A stretch of 64,000 nucleotides of DNA, from contig NC_057718.1 of the NCBI RefSeq assembly GCF_004010195.1, forward strand, positions 78,758,631 through 78,822,630, given 5' to 3'. This document shows positions 26,852 through 40,770 of this stretch, piece by piece. The stretch comes from Chiloscyllium plagiosum. Its lineage: Eukaryota. Below the pieces are notes generated by a model, which was not told the DNA's origin, searched no databases, and saw only the letters and a program-made list of their open reading frames with translations. Made by a program: the position numbers and the translations under genes. The stretch's first letter is position 1. Every line of letters starts with the position of its first letter.

Positions 26852-27389
26852 CTGGTAAAATATAATTTTAAAAAAAAAGACACCCCTCTTTTTCATTGCA
26901 GCATTACTGAAACGAGTAAATTTAAATGTGCTGACAGCCCAACAGAATATGAAATAAACTATTTTGTATTTTCACTTTAAAAATTGTAAGTCAGAGCAGT
27001 ATGGAAGTGTTGAATTCAAATTTATACATTTTCAGATTGAGCTCATATGCTGAACTAATTTGTCATAGGGAGGAAAATTGTAAACAAAAGCAAAAATCAA
27101 AAACAATCACTGCTGTAAGGTAAGTCAAGATAGTCAATGGTAGAGGCCACATGCTTTGGAAATGAAGCATTGTTTTGGACAACCCAAAAAATGGGAGTAG
27201 ACAATAAATGAACACAATTAATGTAAGAAAAAAATGTATCAACAGATAACACAGAATTTAAGTTTAATTGTTTTCTTAAATATCCAAGTTATTAAATTTT
27301 TCCTTTACATTTACATTTGTGAACACAGTGGAATTGCTATTCAATGTACATGCATAATCTACTGGAATTTGAGGTGATGGACTCATTAT

Positions 27390-27710
27390 ATTAGATTAGA
27401 TTAGATTAGATTACTTACAGTGTGGAAACAGGCCCTTCGGCCCAACAAGTCCACACCGACCGCCGAAGCGCAACCCACCCATACCCTACATCTACCCCTT
27501 ACCTAACACTACGGGCAATTTAGCATGGCCAATTCACCTGACCTGCACATCTTTGGACTGTGGGAGGAAACCGGAGCACCCGGAGGAAACCCACGCAGAC
27601 AAGGGGAGAATGTGCAAACTCCACACAGTCAGTCGCCTGAGGCGGGAATTGAACCCGGGTCTCTGGCGCTGTGAGGCAGCAGTGCTAACCACTGTGCCAC
27701 CGTGCCGCCT
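27390..27710 (-). mobile_element. Young tRNA-derived SINE (HE1/V-SINE-like)
   Basis: (AGATT)4 tail, intact A/B boxes, retained CpGs. Confidence 0.88.
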
Positions 27711-27817
27711 CATCTGGTTCATTGCACCACCTAAATTTAGTCTAACTTTTAATTGTGATATATTTACAACAATCGATCAATATAATTTCATTCGTAGAAG
27801 AATAGGGTTCTAAAGGA

Positions 27818-27978
27818 GGCAAGGTAAAAACAATGACTGCAGATGCTGGAAACCAGATTCTGGATTAGTGGTGCTGGAAGAGCACAGCAGTTCAGGCAGC
27901 ATCCAAGGAGCTTCGAAATCGACGTTTCGGGCAAAAACCCTTCATCAGGAATAAAGGCAGTGAGTCTGAAGCGTGGAG
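27818..27978 (-). mobile_element. Short Penelope-type terminal repeat with intact hammerhead core (~27917-27950)
   Basis: Same family as 15183-15903; reverse reads CUGAUGAAGGGUUUUUGCCCGAAACGUC. Confidence 0.75.
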
Positions 27979-28505
27979 GCAGGACCAATTGATGCTTCAT
28001 ATGCAGAAGAGTTTGGAGTAGAGCTGGGGGTTTATGAGGAGGCATTAGAATGACCTTTTAAACTTATCTGTCAAGAGTTTCCAGACTCCATTAAAGGCTT
28101 CCCTCAACGTCAATAAACCAATTTACTTGGCTAGTTTCTCAGAGCCTTCAGGATCTCACCCAGCGGGAAGTTAAATTGCAAAACCAACATCACTTTCAGG
28201 GAGTCGCAGTCAGAGCTTGCTATGGCTCCTGACCCAGTGAAAACAGTAGGCAACCAGAACTATATGGGAAATTTTAAATATGCAGCCCTCAAGTCTCTCA
28301 TTTTATCTTTCCTAAGCAGGTGTGCCTCAGCACTGCAAGACAAAAAATCCTGATGCATTGTAATTAATTATTTAAGCAGATCTGTTGGTCAGTTTAAAAT
28401 GTGATCAGATTAATTCTCTTTTCTACACATGCTGCAATGCTTTATTATTGTAGCATTTTTGTGATGGCTCGGTCTATTCCTCCCAGTGAAGTTAGCTCCA
28501 GTTAC

Positions 28506-28696
28506 CTGGTTGACCATCAGTCACTTGCAAGGCCTCGCTGCTTCTTCCGTGTACAGGAATTATAGTGGGGGATTGAGATGGTGAAGCACCACACTTTGAA
28601 ATCCTACAATATTCCCATCGGACCAAAGGGTCAGTTGTGAAGCACCAAGGAGCCTTATCCTGATCAGGATTTCTACAGTAGTTACCAAATAGACCC
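28506..28696 (-). CDS. plg: Plasminogen-like exon 11 equivalent (kringle 4 second half + K4-K5 linker): [63 protein letters not shown]
   Basis: Within ORF 28492..28725; cacag acceptor, gtaac donor; 191 bp keeps frame. Confidence 0.92.
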
Positions 28697-29335
28697 CTGT
28701 GGATTGAAATTGGAAAAAAAAACACTCACAGCTATATTTCTATCAAAATCCAAATTCATTCCTATCAATCTTGTAACACTAGCATATTTAAAAACTTACA
28801 AAAAAGTACAAATTTGGAACACGAAGAGAACATTCAGTTAGCAATGACTACAAAACAGGGGATACAATTTATCAGTGTCCTTCCTTTTATGATGGAGTCC
28901 AAATCGAGAGCTGCAGTTATCAGACTGGAAGTCCTTTTTTTAAGGACAGACTGATTGATTTGCAGTTGAAGAGTTGCAGGTAGTTTCTACTCTTAAAAAG
29001 CCCATCACAAGCTTTCATGAGGAAGCTTTGTTGTAATATGACTCCTGATTTATTATTTTGGTAAAAGGAAGTTTTTACTTGGAGTGTATATAAGCTCGGG
29101 TTGGTGGCTGCTTTTTACTCCTTATTGTGGCAGAAAATATGTACATTAGGAATGTGTGTAGTCGATTCATTTCGCAAAGGTAATCGCAAGAGCCAATCAG
29201 CATTCACACGTGAATTTGGATTGCCGATACTTTTAAGTGTGATCTGATTGCACCAACTCCGACCTCTGCATACGGCCCACTGCAAATGAAGGTATCCCTC
29301 AGTGAGCCCCAAATATTATGGTCAATTTTTTTTGT

Positions 29336-30275
29336 TATAGAGTAATAGAGTCATGCAATATGTCAACTGACCCTTCAATCCAACTTGTCCAGGACAACAA
29401 AGTTTTTCAAAAAACTAGCCCTAATTGCCTGCATTTGACCCATAAATTCTCTAAACCCTTCATGTACCTATCCAAATGTCTTTTAAATGTTATAACTGTA
29501 TCTGCAACTACCATTTCCTCTGGAAGTTCATTCCGCATATAAACCACCTTGTGTGTAAAACGGTTGCTCCTCAGATCCTTTTTAAATCTTTCTCCTCGCA
29601 TCTTAAACATATGCCATCTAGTTTTGAACTCACCTATCCTAGGGAAAAGAACTTTCCTATTTACCTTATCTATGTCCCTTATGATTTTGTGAACCTCTCT
29701 AACTTCACCCTCAATCTCCTATGCTCCAGTGATAAAGTCCCAACCTATCCAGTCTCTTCCCATAATTCAAACCCTCCAATCCCAGCAACATCCTTGTAAA
29801 TATTTTCTGAACCCTCATCAATTTAATCATATCCTCCCTATAGTAGGATGACCAAAACTGAGCACCGTACTCCAAATGTGGCCTATATAACTGCAACATG
29901 ATGTCCCAGCTCCTATACTCAATGGTCTGAGCAATGAAGGCAAGCATGTTAAATGTCTTCTGAACAACCTTGTGATGCAACTTACAAAGGACTATGTACC
30001 TGAACCCCTATACCTTTCTGTTCGACAACACAACCCAAGGCCTACGATTAACTGAAGAAGTTCCCCCCTTGTTCGTCTAACCAAAATGCAACACCTCGCA
30101 TGTATCTAAATTAAACTTCATCTACCACTCCTCAGCACATTGGCTCAATTGCTCAAGATCCCTTTGTAATCTTAGATAAGCTTCTTCACTGTCCACTATA
30201 CCACCAATTTTGGTGTCATCCATAAACTTGCTAACCATGCCTCCTATGTTCTCATGCAAATTGTTTTTATAAATA
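29336..30275 (-). mobile_element. CR1 LINE 3' part
   Basis: SKFMDDTKIGG, RPHLEYGAQFWS, RNELPEEMV. Confidence 0.85.
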
Positions 30276-30515
30276 ATATCCAGCCCATCGAGTCCATGCC
30301 AATCCTCTGAACAGCATCCCACCCAAACCCATCTCTTTACCCTATCCCTGTAACCTTGCTTTTTCCCATGGCTAATCGACCTAACCTGCACATCCTTGGA
30401 AGAAACCCACCCAGGCAAGAGGACAATGTGCAAACTCTACACAGACAGTTGTCCAAGGCTGGAATTGAACCCGGGTCCGTGGCACTGTGCTAACCACTGA
30501 GCCACCATGCTGCCA
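30276..30515 (-). mobile_element. Diverged tRNA-derived SINE
   Basis: Reverse A/B boxes and central core. Confidence 0.7.
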
Positions 30516-30571
30516 ACTTGATCCCAATGGCCTATTCCTAAGATATGCCTCCTTGATCAGTGCTTCAATAT

Positions 30572-31832
30572 GCAAGGTTTGTGAAGGTTTGTAACTCAGG
30601 TTGAGGTTTAGGGTGTAGGTTTGCTCGCTGAACTGTAGGTTTGATATTTAGACGTTTCATTACCTGGCTAGGTAACATCATCAGTGGCGACCTCCAAGTG
30701 AAGCGAAGCTGTTGTCTCCTGCTTTCTAATTATATCTTTCTCCTGGATGGGGTTCCTGGGGTTTGTGGTGATGTCATTTCCTGTTTGTTCTCTGAAGGGC
30801 TGATAGATGGCATCTAGATCTATGTGTTTGTTTATGGCGTTGTGGTTGGAGTGCCAGGCCTCTAGGAATTCTCTGGCATGTCTTTACTTAGCCTGTCCCA
30901 GGCTAGATGTGTTGTCCCAGTCGAAATGGTGGGTTTTTTTCATCCATGTGTAGGGCTACGAGAGAGAGAGGGTCATGTTTTTTTGTGGCTAGCTGGTGTT
31001 CGTCCATCCTGGTGGCTAACTTTCTTCCTCTTTGCCCTACGTAGTGTTTCTGGCAGTCCTTGCATGGAATTTTGTAGATGACGTTGGTTTTGACCATGGT
31101 TGTACTGGGTCTTTTAAGTTTGTTAGTTTTTGTTTGAGAGCGTTGGTGGGTTTGTGTGCTACTAGAATTCCAAGGGGTCTTAGTAGTCTGGCTGTCATTT
31201 CTGAAACTTCTTTGATGTATGGTAAGGTGGTTAGGGTTTCTGGCTATGTTTTGTCTGCTTGTCATGGCTTGTTCTTGAGGAATCTGCGCACTGTATTTTT
31301 TGAGTATCCGTTCTTCTTGAATACATTGTATAGGTGGCTCTCCTCGGTTTTCCGAAGTTCGTCTGTGCTGCAGTGTGTGGTGGCTCGTTGGAATAGTGTT
31401 CTGATACAGCTTCGTTTGTGTGTGTTGGGATGGTTGCTGGTGTAGTTAAGTATTTGTTCAGTGTTTGTCGGTTTTCTGAATACGCAGGTTTGTAGTTCTC
31501 CGTTGTCCTTTCTTTCGACTGTGACGTCCAGGAATGCGAGTTTGTTGTCGGTTTCTTCCTCCTTGGTGAACTTTATGCCTGTGAGGGTGTTGTTGATGAT
31601 TTTAAATGTCTCTTCTATCTTGTTTTGTTTTGCGATGACAAAGGTGTCAGAAAACGAACAGGAAATGACATCACCACAAATCCCAGGAACCCCATCCAGG
31701 AGTAAAATATAAATAGAAAGCAGGAGACAACAGCTTCGCTTCACTTGGAGGTCGCCACTCATGATGTTACCTAGCCAGATAATGAAACGTCTGGATATCA
31801 AACCTACAGCTCAGTGAGCAAACCTACACCCT
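30572..31832 (-). mobile_element. Penelope-like element (RT C-terminus + GIY-YIG) with inverted terminus and 13-bp TSD
   Basis: ORFs 31262..31801 (IKFTKEEE..LAFLDV..RKPT..YTSNHP) and 30903..31265 (VIYKIPCKDC..YVGQ); agtgcttcaatat at 30559-30571 and 31833-31845. Confidence 0.9.
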
Positions 31833-31845
31833 AGTGCTTCAATAT

Positions 31846-34740
31846 CTTTAATCATCTATAGTTCCCTTCTCAGACCAGTCTCACCCTTCACTTTAACAGG
31901 AACATACTGCCTTTAAATGTTTGTTATCTCACTTTTGAAAACCTCCCACATCCCTTTACCTGCAAACAGTCGACTCCAATCAACTTTTGAAAGTTCCTGT
32001 CTCATGCTGTCAAAATTGTCCTTATTCCAGTGAAGAACTTTAATTTTTATACAAGGCCGATCCATTACATAACTATTTTAAAACTAATAGAATTATGATC
32101 ACTGGTCCCAGAGTGCTTTCCCACCAACCATGCTTTACTTCCCAAGAGAAGGTCAGGTTTTGTTCCTTCTCTAGTAGGTACATCTACATATTGATGAAGA
32201 AAATTTTCTTGAACACATTTAACAAATTCCTCTCTATCCAAACCCTTAACAGTATGGCAGTCCCAGTCAATGTTTGGAAAGTTAAAATCCTCTACTATTA
32301 TGCTATTATTCTTACAAATATCTACAATCTCTCTCCATATTTGCTCATCAGTTTCCCACTGACTATTGGGGGGAGCTATCATTCACTGCCAATCCCCCAG
32401 CAATATCCTCCTTTAGGTGCAGCAATAATGTTTATCCTGAATCAAAAACGTCATTTCCCCTCTTCTCTTGCCTCCCTTTCTATTCTTCCTATTGCCTCTA
32501 AACCCTGGAACATTGAGCTGCCAGCCCCACTCAGCCATGTTTCTCCTCAAAGCTATGATGCCCCAGTCCCACGATTCCATACATGCCCTTGAATTCATCC
32601 ATCTTACTTGTCATTCCTCTTGCATTGAAATAAATGTACTTTAATACTTCAGAGTTAACTTGCTCCTGATTTGGTCTTGTCTGCCTTGTCTAATTAACTT
32701 GTTCTCTTTAGCTTTCAAATCCCATCCTCATTTGCCTTTCTATTCTCACTACTACTTAGAATCCCCCCACCCTGCCTCCTTAATAGTTTAAAGGTTACCG
32801 AATAGCATGAGCAAATCACGCCACCAGGATATTGGTCCCCCTCTAGTTTAGGTGAAACCCGTCCCTTTTGAACAAGTCTTTCCTGCCCCAAAAAGAGATC
32901 CCAATCATAGAGTCATGGAGTCATAGAGATGTACAGCATGGAAACAGACCCTTCAGTTCAACCCATCCATGCCGACCGGATATCCCAACCCAATCTAGTC
33001 CCACCTGCCAGCACCTGGCCCATATCCCTCCAAACCCTTCCTATTCATATACCCATCCAAATGCCTCTTAAATGTTGCAATTGTACCAGCCTCCACCACT
33101 TCCTCTGGCAGCTCATTCCATACACGTACCACCCTTTGTGTGAAAAAGCTGCCCCTTAGGTCTCTTTTATATCTTTGCCTTCTCACCCTAAACCTATACC
33201 CTCTAGTTCTGGACTCCCGACCCCAAGGATAAGACTTTGCCTATTTACCCTATCCATGCCCCTCATAATTTTGTAAACCTCTAAGGTCACGTCTCAGCCT
33301 CCGACGCTCCAGGGAAAACAGCCCCAGCCTATTCAACCTCTCCACATAGCTCAAATCCTCCAACCCTGGCAACATGCTTGTAAATCTTTTCTGAACCCTT
33401 TCAAGTTTCACAACATCTTTCCGATAGGAAGGAGACCAGAATTGCACACAATATTCCAACANNNNNNNNNNNNNNNNNNNNNNNNNNNNNNNNNNNNNNN
33501 NNNNNNNNNNNNNNNNNNNNNNNNNNNNNNNNNNNNNNNNNNNNNNNNNNNNNNNNNNNNNNNNNNNNNNNNNNNNNNNNNNNNNNNNNNNNNNNNNNNN
33601 NNNNNNNNNNNNNNNNNNTGTCCACTACACCTCCAATTTTGGTGTCATCTGCAAACTTACTAACTATACCTCTTATGCTTGCAAACATATTAACTATACC
33701 TTTTATGCTTGCATCCAAATCATTTATGTAAATGACAAAAAGTAGGGGGCCCAGCAACCATCGTTGTGGCACTCCACTGGTCACAGGCCTCCAGTCTGAA
33801 AAACAACCCTCCACCTTCTACCTTTGAGCCAGTTCTGTATCCAAATGGCTAGTTCTCCCTGTATTCCATAAGATCTAACCCTGCTAATCAGTGTCCCATG
33901 GGGAACCTTGTCAAATGCCTTACTGAAGTCCATATAAATCACATCTACTGCTCTGCCGTCATCAATCCTCTTCGTTACTTCTTCAAAATCAAAAAAGTCT
34001 GAATCCTTGCCCACTCCACCAACTCCACAGCCACTGATTTATCAGCCCTATCTACTTATTCCTACTCTCACCAGCACATTGGCACCAGGAGTAACCCAGA
34101 TTATTACCTTTGAGGTTTTGGTTTTTAACCTCTTACCTAACTTCCTATATTCACTCTGCAAAGCCGCAACCCTTTCTCTAATGATGTTTTGTTTTACCAA
34201 TGTGCACAACAACCTCCAGCTTCTCATTCTCCCCTTTGACAATATGCTGCATCTGCTCTGAGACATACTTGACCCTGGTGCCAGGGAGGCAACACACCAT
34301 CCTGAATTTACACTCACAGCTGCAGAATCTCCTGTCTGTGCCCCGATAGGAGAGTCCCCTATAACAGTTATTCATATGAGCCTTGACAAATGTCACTTAA
34401 GATTAATTCTTGGTGCCCAAATTCTGCTGCCATTTGTTATTTTCCTCTGAGAGGCTATTCCCAACAACAGTACCCAAAATGGTATCTCTGTTAAGTGAAG
34501 AATAGCCACAAAAGCCTCCTGCACTACCTTTATAACTCTCCTGGCAGTCACTCATCTACCTGACTGAACATGCAGTGTGCCAACCTCTCTAAAGCTAGTA
34601 GCCATCACACCTGTGCCTCCTGTCTGCTCCTCAGTGACTCCAACTGCCTCTCCAGCTGTTCCAAAATGTCCAATATGAGATGTATTCAAACACCCCTCCC
34701 ACAGACATAGTCTCTACGGACAGTCTGCTAGTAGGGCAAA
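31846..34740 (-). mobile_element. Old CR1 sequence (endonuclease and ORF1 esterase remnants) with a younger CR1 RT/3' copy at ~32905-33990
   Basis: [54 protein letters not shown] (ORF1 SGNH esterase-like). Confidence 0.82.
33462..33618. other. Assembly gap (N run)
   Basis: 157 N. Confidence 1.
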
Positions 34741-35066
34741 TTCCTGGGCGAAAGTGAGTACTGCAGATGCTGGAGGTTAGAGCCAAGAGTGTGTTGTGTT
34801 ACTGTTATGTGTTACACTCATCAAGTATTTCTGTGACTCAGGATCAACATCCATCTGGAGATAGACTTGGCTAAGATCAATTTTACTGAAAGGTAACGTC
34901 CAGCTAGTTCAGCAATGATTAGAGATAAACAATACTGCTCAGCACACAGCACTGGACAGGGCTCTTGTAGTACACTGGTAACATCCCAATCTCTGAGCCA
35001 GAAGGCCTGAGATAAAGCCCCACCTGCACCAGAGGTGTGTAATAACACCACTGAGAAGGCTATTTT

Positions 35067-36470
35067 TTAAAAAAACAGTATTGAATTAATAAGGAGTTTA
35101 AAATCACTATAAATGCGTACCGATCCATCTTTCTTCATCATTGATACAATAGGCATAGCCCAATCACTCACATTTATGGGTTCAAGGACTCCCATCTTGA
35201 CCAGCCTCTTTAATTCGGCCTCAATCTTTGATCTGATTACATAAGGCACTGATTTAATGTTGCATTATTTTCCTTGATTCTCATCCTTGATTTTCAATTT
35301 GACGAGGATCTTTTGCATGCTTCTAGATCCTCACTGAAAACAATGATATGTTTCTTTGGAATTTGTGTTCGCTCAGTCTCAGAAGCAATATATTTCAGCC
35401 CAGTTGAGTTTGATTTTCTCCAATCGCCTTCTTTCCAATGAAGCTGGAAAATTTCCTCTGGTAACGATTAAGGACAAATCATCAGACTGACTGTATAAGT
35501 GAACTTTCACATTGATAAAACTGCTTAAAGGCACTACTTTGCCTAAGTATGTTGCTATTACAGTTCATGCGGATTACAGTGCAATGTGACTCAGCTGTTT
35601 CCTATACATCAGAATCAGTGAAACTGTCGCTCCAGTGTCTCCCCCCATTCTTACTGGTTTGCCATTTAAGACTCAGTATTGGTTGGTGTCCCCAGCAATG
35701 GCCAAAATGTTTCATTACAGCTCTATTTTGGATGGAGAGTTGGAATTTTCTCATGCACTTTTTGTGCCTCATAGATTTTCTTGCTACCTTTCAGTTTTTG
35801 TACTTTTGCTGTAAGTTGTTCATGTTTCTTCCTTAAGCACACCCATTCAATGTGCCCTTTTTTTGGCCAAAGTTTCTGCACAAATCTTCTTTATACAAGC
35901 AATTTGCTCCTTTGTGATCGGTTGTTCCACACCCAATGATAGGTTCGAGGCTGCATTGGTGCTCGTCTCTTTGCTGCCATTTCTTGAGTCTCATGCTTGA
36001 GCTTAGCTGTTGGGATTCCTTGGCTACTAATTCCATTGAGACTGCTATTTTCAGTCTAAGTCTAGATTCCTTTCTATCAGTAATCTCTTCTGGATTGCTT
36101 CACATCTTAAACCATACATCAGTCTGTCTCTGCCAGCATAGTTGAAGTTGTCTCCAAATTCACAGGATTCTGCTAACTTCTTTAAATTCACTATGAACTG
36201 GGAGATAGATACACTGGCATGGAGTTTATGGAGTCTGAACCTTAAAGCAATCACCAATAGTTTTGCTGAAAAATGGTTCTGTAGGATTCCTATTATTTCT
36301 TCATAAGTCTTGTACCCTGATTTGTCTGGCTGAACCTCAGGAGGTTCTTCCCTCTAATACTCAAGAACACAAAGGCAATTCTATCCGTTTCAAATTTGTT
36401 AGCTTCAACAAAATAATTGAATCTCTCCGTGTAGAAGTTCTAGCGCTCTGAATTTTCATCACACAGTCCT
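35067..36470 (-). mobile_element. Decayed Gypsy/Ty3 gag-pol fragment
   Basis: RT start PYVIRSKIEAELKRLVKMGVLEPI..SDWAMPIV..KKDGSVRI.SDFK; gag-like LAESCEFGD..RDRLMYGLRCEAIQKRLL. Confidence 0.8.
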
Positions 36471-39400
36471 ATGGCGCCAAAACTTATCTTTTATTTCAAA
36501 TGGGAAGGGCCTGCATCAGACAATGTATCACAAAATCACATACCTGGACTATCCCAACTGTTTTTATTCTACTGCCTCTTCCAGGTCTTCTGTTCTGGCT
36601 CTCCATACCTTTGTTTTTCTGTGAGCCAGGTAGAATTTGAACTTATTCACTTTGGCAGGTTCTAACTAGCCCTCCGTTAAGTTACTGTGGCTGCAGTCTC
36701 CCTTATGGTGCCTCTTGGGCTTACTATGACTTGATTACCTGCCAGGTTGTACCCAAAAAGGAAATCTTTCACTGCTACCAGTAGTTCAGCCCACTGTTCC
36801 CACAGTCACAGGTCTGACACCAAGTACACTGTAGGTGAACCCTGTGGAGAGGATCAGACATGCATCTTCCACTCATTCCTCTGATTTGGATTTTGACACT
36901 CAGAGCAGACTTGGAAAGAATCCTCCCTTGCATTAGGTAATCCCAGTATCGCTAAATAAAGCAATAAATTTATTTCCCTCAATATTAATTCATGTAATTC
37001 ATCAAGGATGAATAGTTATGGACCAAGCACACCAATCAAAAGCAATTTTTCTTTCACATTACAAACGCCAAATGCTCTGCATGGGTTTCTTTCCAGCATT
37101 TCTGAATCACTGGCGATATGATTCTGGAACCAACACATATGCATACAGGATGGCCACTTTGGTCGGTTCATGATCAGCAGATATTTCGGGCAGTATTAGA
37201 ATAGACATCTGGGGTCCTCCCTCTTAAACTGGCCCTAAATCAAGGGGCCCGACATTTCTTGTAGGCATTGTAATTGTCCTAACTTTTCAAAAGTAGTGAA
37301 GGAGGAATCCAGATCATCTTCTATTATAAGACATCTTGTGTACTTAAGGATTTCAAAGCTCATTTCTGGGGCAAGACGATTTTGACCTTTATCAGGCAGA
37401 GAGAAGTTTTTGCTTACAGCTTCCATCTGTTCTTAGCTCTCTCTGAGCCGGTAACTCAATTTCCAATTTTCAGAGACAGAAATTGATCTGTGCTCAGGGT
37501 AGACAATATTTCAGCAGTTAATTTATCCTGTTCCAAGAACACCTTTGAATCAAAATGGGCCACTTATTATGTTAGAAATTTTTGTTGGGGTCACTTATGT
37601 TGTTTAACAAATTACTTTACCATCCAATTTTCCCCCTTTGCTTTCTAATCAGTTTCTTTTGATTCATTGTTTATCCTTGGTAGTAGAGAACTTGAACGGT
37701 GCTACAAAAAGGACATTTTGTCAGAGCTTTTGGATTTGCACTCATTCGGAAATTTCACAGGAATATAAATTCAAAGGGAAAATTAATGTTTACACTGCAT
37801 GAGAGGAGAGTGTTGATTGGTTGGCAAATGAACTCTGATTGGTAGAGGTATTGTCATAAAGCATGCACCCATTAATGATGACTGACAGTTAACAGCCATG
37901 CTGTGTTAAATATTAAATCTGGCAAGTTGGCTGTGATTGGTCAAGGCATTACCCTGAGAAATGAATCAGCAAATGGCTGTCAATGACAAAACACAGGGCG
38001 ATCTTACAACACAAGAACACTTGCAAACATACAAAGAAATTTTGAATCAGAACAGATAGAGATTATTCAAATAGTAATGACTTAAATACAAAGTAAGCAA
38101 GGAATACTAGTTTGGAGTTAGCAGTCTAGAATTCCTTTGTCAAAGTGGATTAGATTAGATTAGATAGATTCCCTACAGTGTGGAAATAGGCCATTTCGAT
38201 GATAGGCTGTTTCTTCTCTTTCAAAAAATCTTCCAAATTGTTCTGATGATGTTTTGCTGAAAAGTGACTTCTGCTCCACCGTTTTGATGAAAGGTGGCTT
38301 TTATTGCAGAAAGCAAAAATACAGGTTGGATAGCTGCTTCTTACAGGCCAGAGGCCTTTCCTTTGTGCATTGGAGTTAGGAGTGTTCACTTTGTCAGTAG
38401 ATGGAGGGCAGCTGACCTCTTAGCTCTGTTTCAAAATTCTCAAGTTAAAAAGACAATTGAGTTCAAGTTAATGGAGTCACATGACCAAGTTTCCTTGGTG
38501 TGGGAGATAAAGGTTAGTATGGTAGCTAGGCAACCATCTATTGCCCATTCCATAGGTTCTTGTCATTTGGGTCCAATATAGAATTCTAATGTGTAAAGTT
38601 TTGGAGATGGAAGAAGGGTAATGAATATCCAAGTTATGATGATAGTTCCCTTAGAGGTGATGCTGTAACCTTTTGCACTTCGATTACTATGGCGGAGGTT
38701 GCTATCGCATTTTTGTTTTGCTTTCCTTCTCCCTTTGTTCACAGTGAATCAATGGTTAATCCCAAAACCCCAAACATATAGTGAACAATGAACAAGCATT
38801 ATAGGGAATTGTTACATTATTAGTAAGAAACTGATTTTAGAGTAAGCAATCGAGTGATAAATAATTATTGAAAAAGTCTTTGAAAAATATCTCAATGCGG
38901 ATGAAAATAATGATGACAATTGCCAGTTACACAATGAGTGCTCAATCGATGGTGCAGAAATGCAGAACCAATCTAAAATCTGGTAGCAAGTACAAGATGT
39001 AGACAATTAGTAAATGAACATCAATGAGGAGCACCAAGTCCACACCAATGAGATTCTCATTAAAATCAAGAGACTTTCAGTTGTGTATAACAGCAATTCT
39101 GGATAAAATGAAATTAAATATCAATAGACCCAGTGGCCAGAGGCACAGTTGAATCAAATATTATTAACCTATAGAATAGTACAGTGCTGTTTTTTCATAG
39201 TGTTTTCAAAATAGCTGCCACAGTTCTGAAGACAAGATCATTGTTCTTAAGTATGAACAACCATAAAAAGGGCCCCATTGTAAGTGGCTATTAGGAAATA
39301 AAAAGAAGTAAGAGAGGAAATAACAAAGAATGAAATAAAAATAAGATCAAGGAAAAGACAGTAGAAAGAGGGACACCAAAAGGGTTAGGGGATTGGAGTG

Positions 39401-39597
39401 AGGAAAAAGAAGGCAGTAATAAAAACACAAGTCAGGAGAAAATGAGGATTGAAGAATATACAAAACAGAAAGTAAGAGAAAACAAAGAGCCATTTGGTGA
39501 GAAAACAGACAGTGGAATTCCTTGATATCCTCAATATCATAAACATAGTGATGGAGTGTTACTATGCAGTCATTGATACACTAGTATTAAGTAAGCC

Positions 39598-39870
39598 ATA
39601 GAGATGTACAGCACAGAAACAGACCTTTCGGTCCAACCCATCCATGCCGACCAGATATCCCAACCCAATCTAGTCCCACCTGCCAGCACCTGGCCCATAT
39701 CCCTCTAAACCCTTCCTATTCATTTGCCCAACCAGATGCTTTTTAAATGTTGTAATTGTACCAGCCTCCACCACTTCCTCTGGCAGCCCACTCCATACAT
39801 GTACCACCCTTTGTGTGAAAAAGTTGCCCCTTATGTCCCCTTCATATCTTTCCCCTCTCATCCTAAACCT
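39598..39870 (-). mobile_element. CR1 LINE 3' end
   Basis: FFTQRVVHVWSGLPEEVVEAGTI. Confidence 0.85.
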
Positions 39871-40039
39871 ATTGGGCTGTAAGGTGGCAAATGGAGTTCA
39901 CCGCAGACAAATGTCTTAGCACAACTTTCTCATATTGCTGCATGTCCTTTGAGGAGCACTTTGGACACACCGATTCATATACAGTGCCTCTTTTACTGAT
40001 TTTGGTTCATTAATGATTGAGTACCATTAGAGACAAGTA

Positions 40040-40330
40040 AGCACATTTATCGTGTTCGTATCTCTGACATGGCAAGTCTTGAGTTCAAATCCAATTTCAG
40101 AATTTTGAGAACATAATTTGGATGAACCCTCCACTGCAATATTGAGTAAACACTGTCAGAAATACTATTTTTTGAATGAGATGCAAGAGTAAGCCTCTTC
40201 TCCCTCACAAGCAGATCTAAAATATCCCATGGCACTATTCTGAAGAAGAACAATGATGACTTCCCCAATATTTATCCCTCAACCACCAACATTACTGCAG
40301 GTTATCTCAGTATTATCTTATTGCATGTCG
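40040..40330 (+). mobile_element. Ancient DeuSINE (SacSINE1/AmnSINE1-like) relic
   Basis: atcccatggcactattctgaagaaga...caatatttatccctcaacc resembles the Deu-domain consensus from memory; related relics ~41135-41430 (+) and ~56950-57090 (-). Confidence 0.55.
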
Positions 40331-40613
40331 TCACTGAGGGAAATAAACTACTTTTTTACATGAAGGCAGTGACTATACTTCAAAAGTATTACGTTGGCAA
40401 AAAGTATTACGTTACCCCTTATCCTGCGGTCATAAATAATGTTTCCTCCAAGCTGGACAGTTGCACTGAGGGTCCACACACACACACCAACTAGCATGCA
40501 GTGGTGTGCAGTTCCAGAAGTCATTGTCATGTAGTGACAGGAAAAATTAGTGGGAATGTTGGTCATGAATGAGTCGGTGATCAGCTGCATGCAAAATCAA
40601 ACTATGTACTTAC

Positions 40614-40770
40614 GCATTCGGAAAATCCTGTGAAGTTTTCGCATGTCTGTGGGGTGTCATGGAATCCCATTCCTGACATCTTCTTCCGGACACTGTCACA
40701 GATATGGTCCCTCGATAATTATAACCATTTCCACTTAAACAATCAGTAGATCCACCTTCATTCACTGGCC
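40614..40770 (-). CDS. plg: Plasminogen-like exon 10 equivalent (kringle 4, first half): [52 protein letters not shown]
   Basis: Translated by hand; ttttcag/gtaagt; 157 bp; SMTPHRH..T...PNA typical of PLG K4. Confidence 0.93.

Noticed and set aside
33653..33712. ~30-bp tandem duplication inside CR1 RT
   Set aside because: Adjacent to an assembly gap and inside a dead repeat; likely artefact or neutral.
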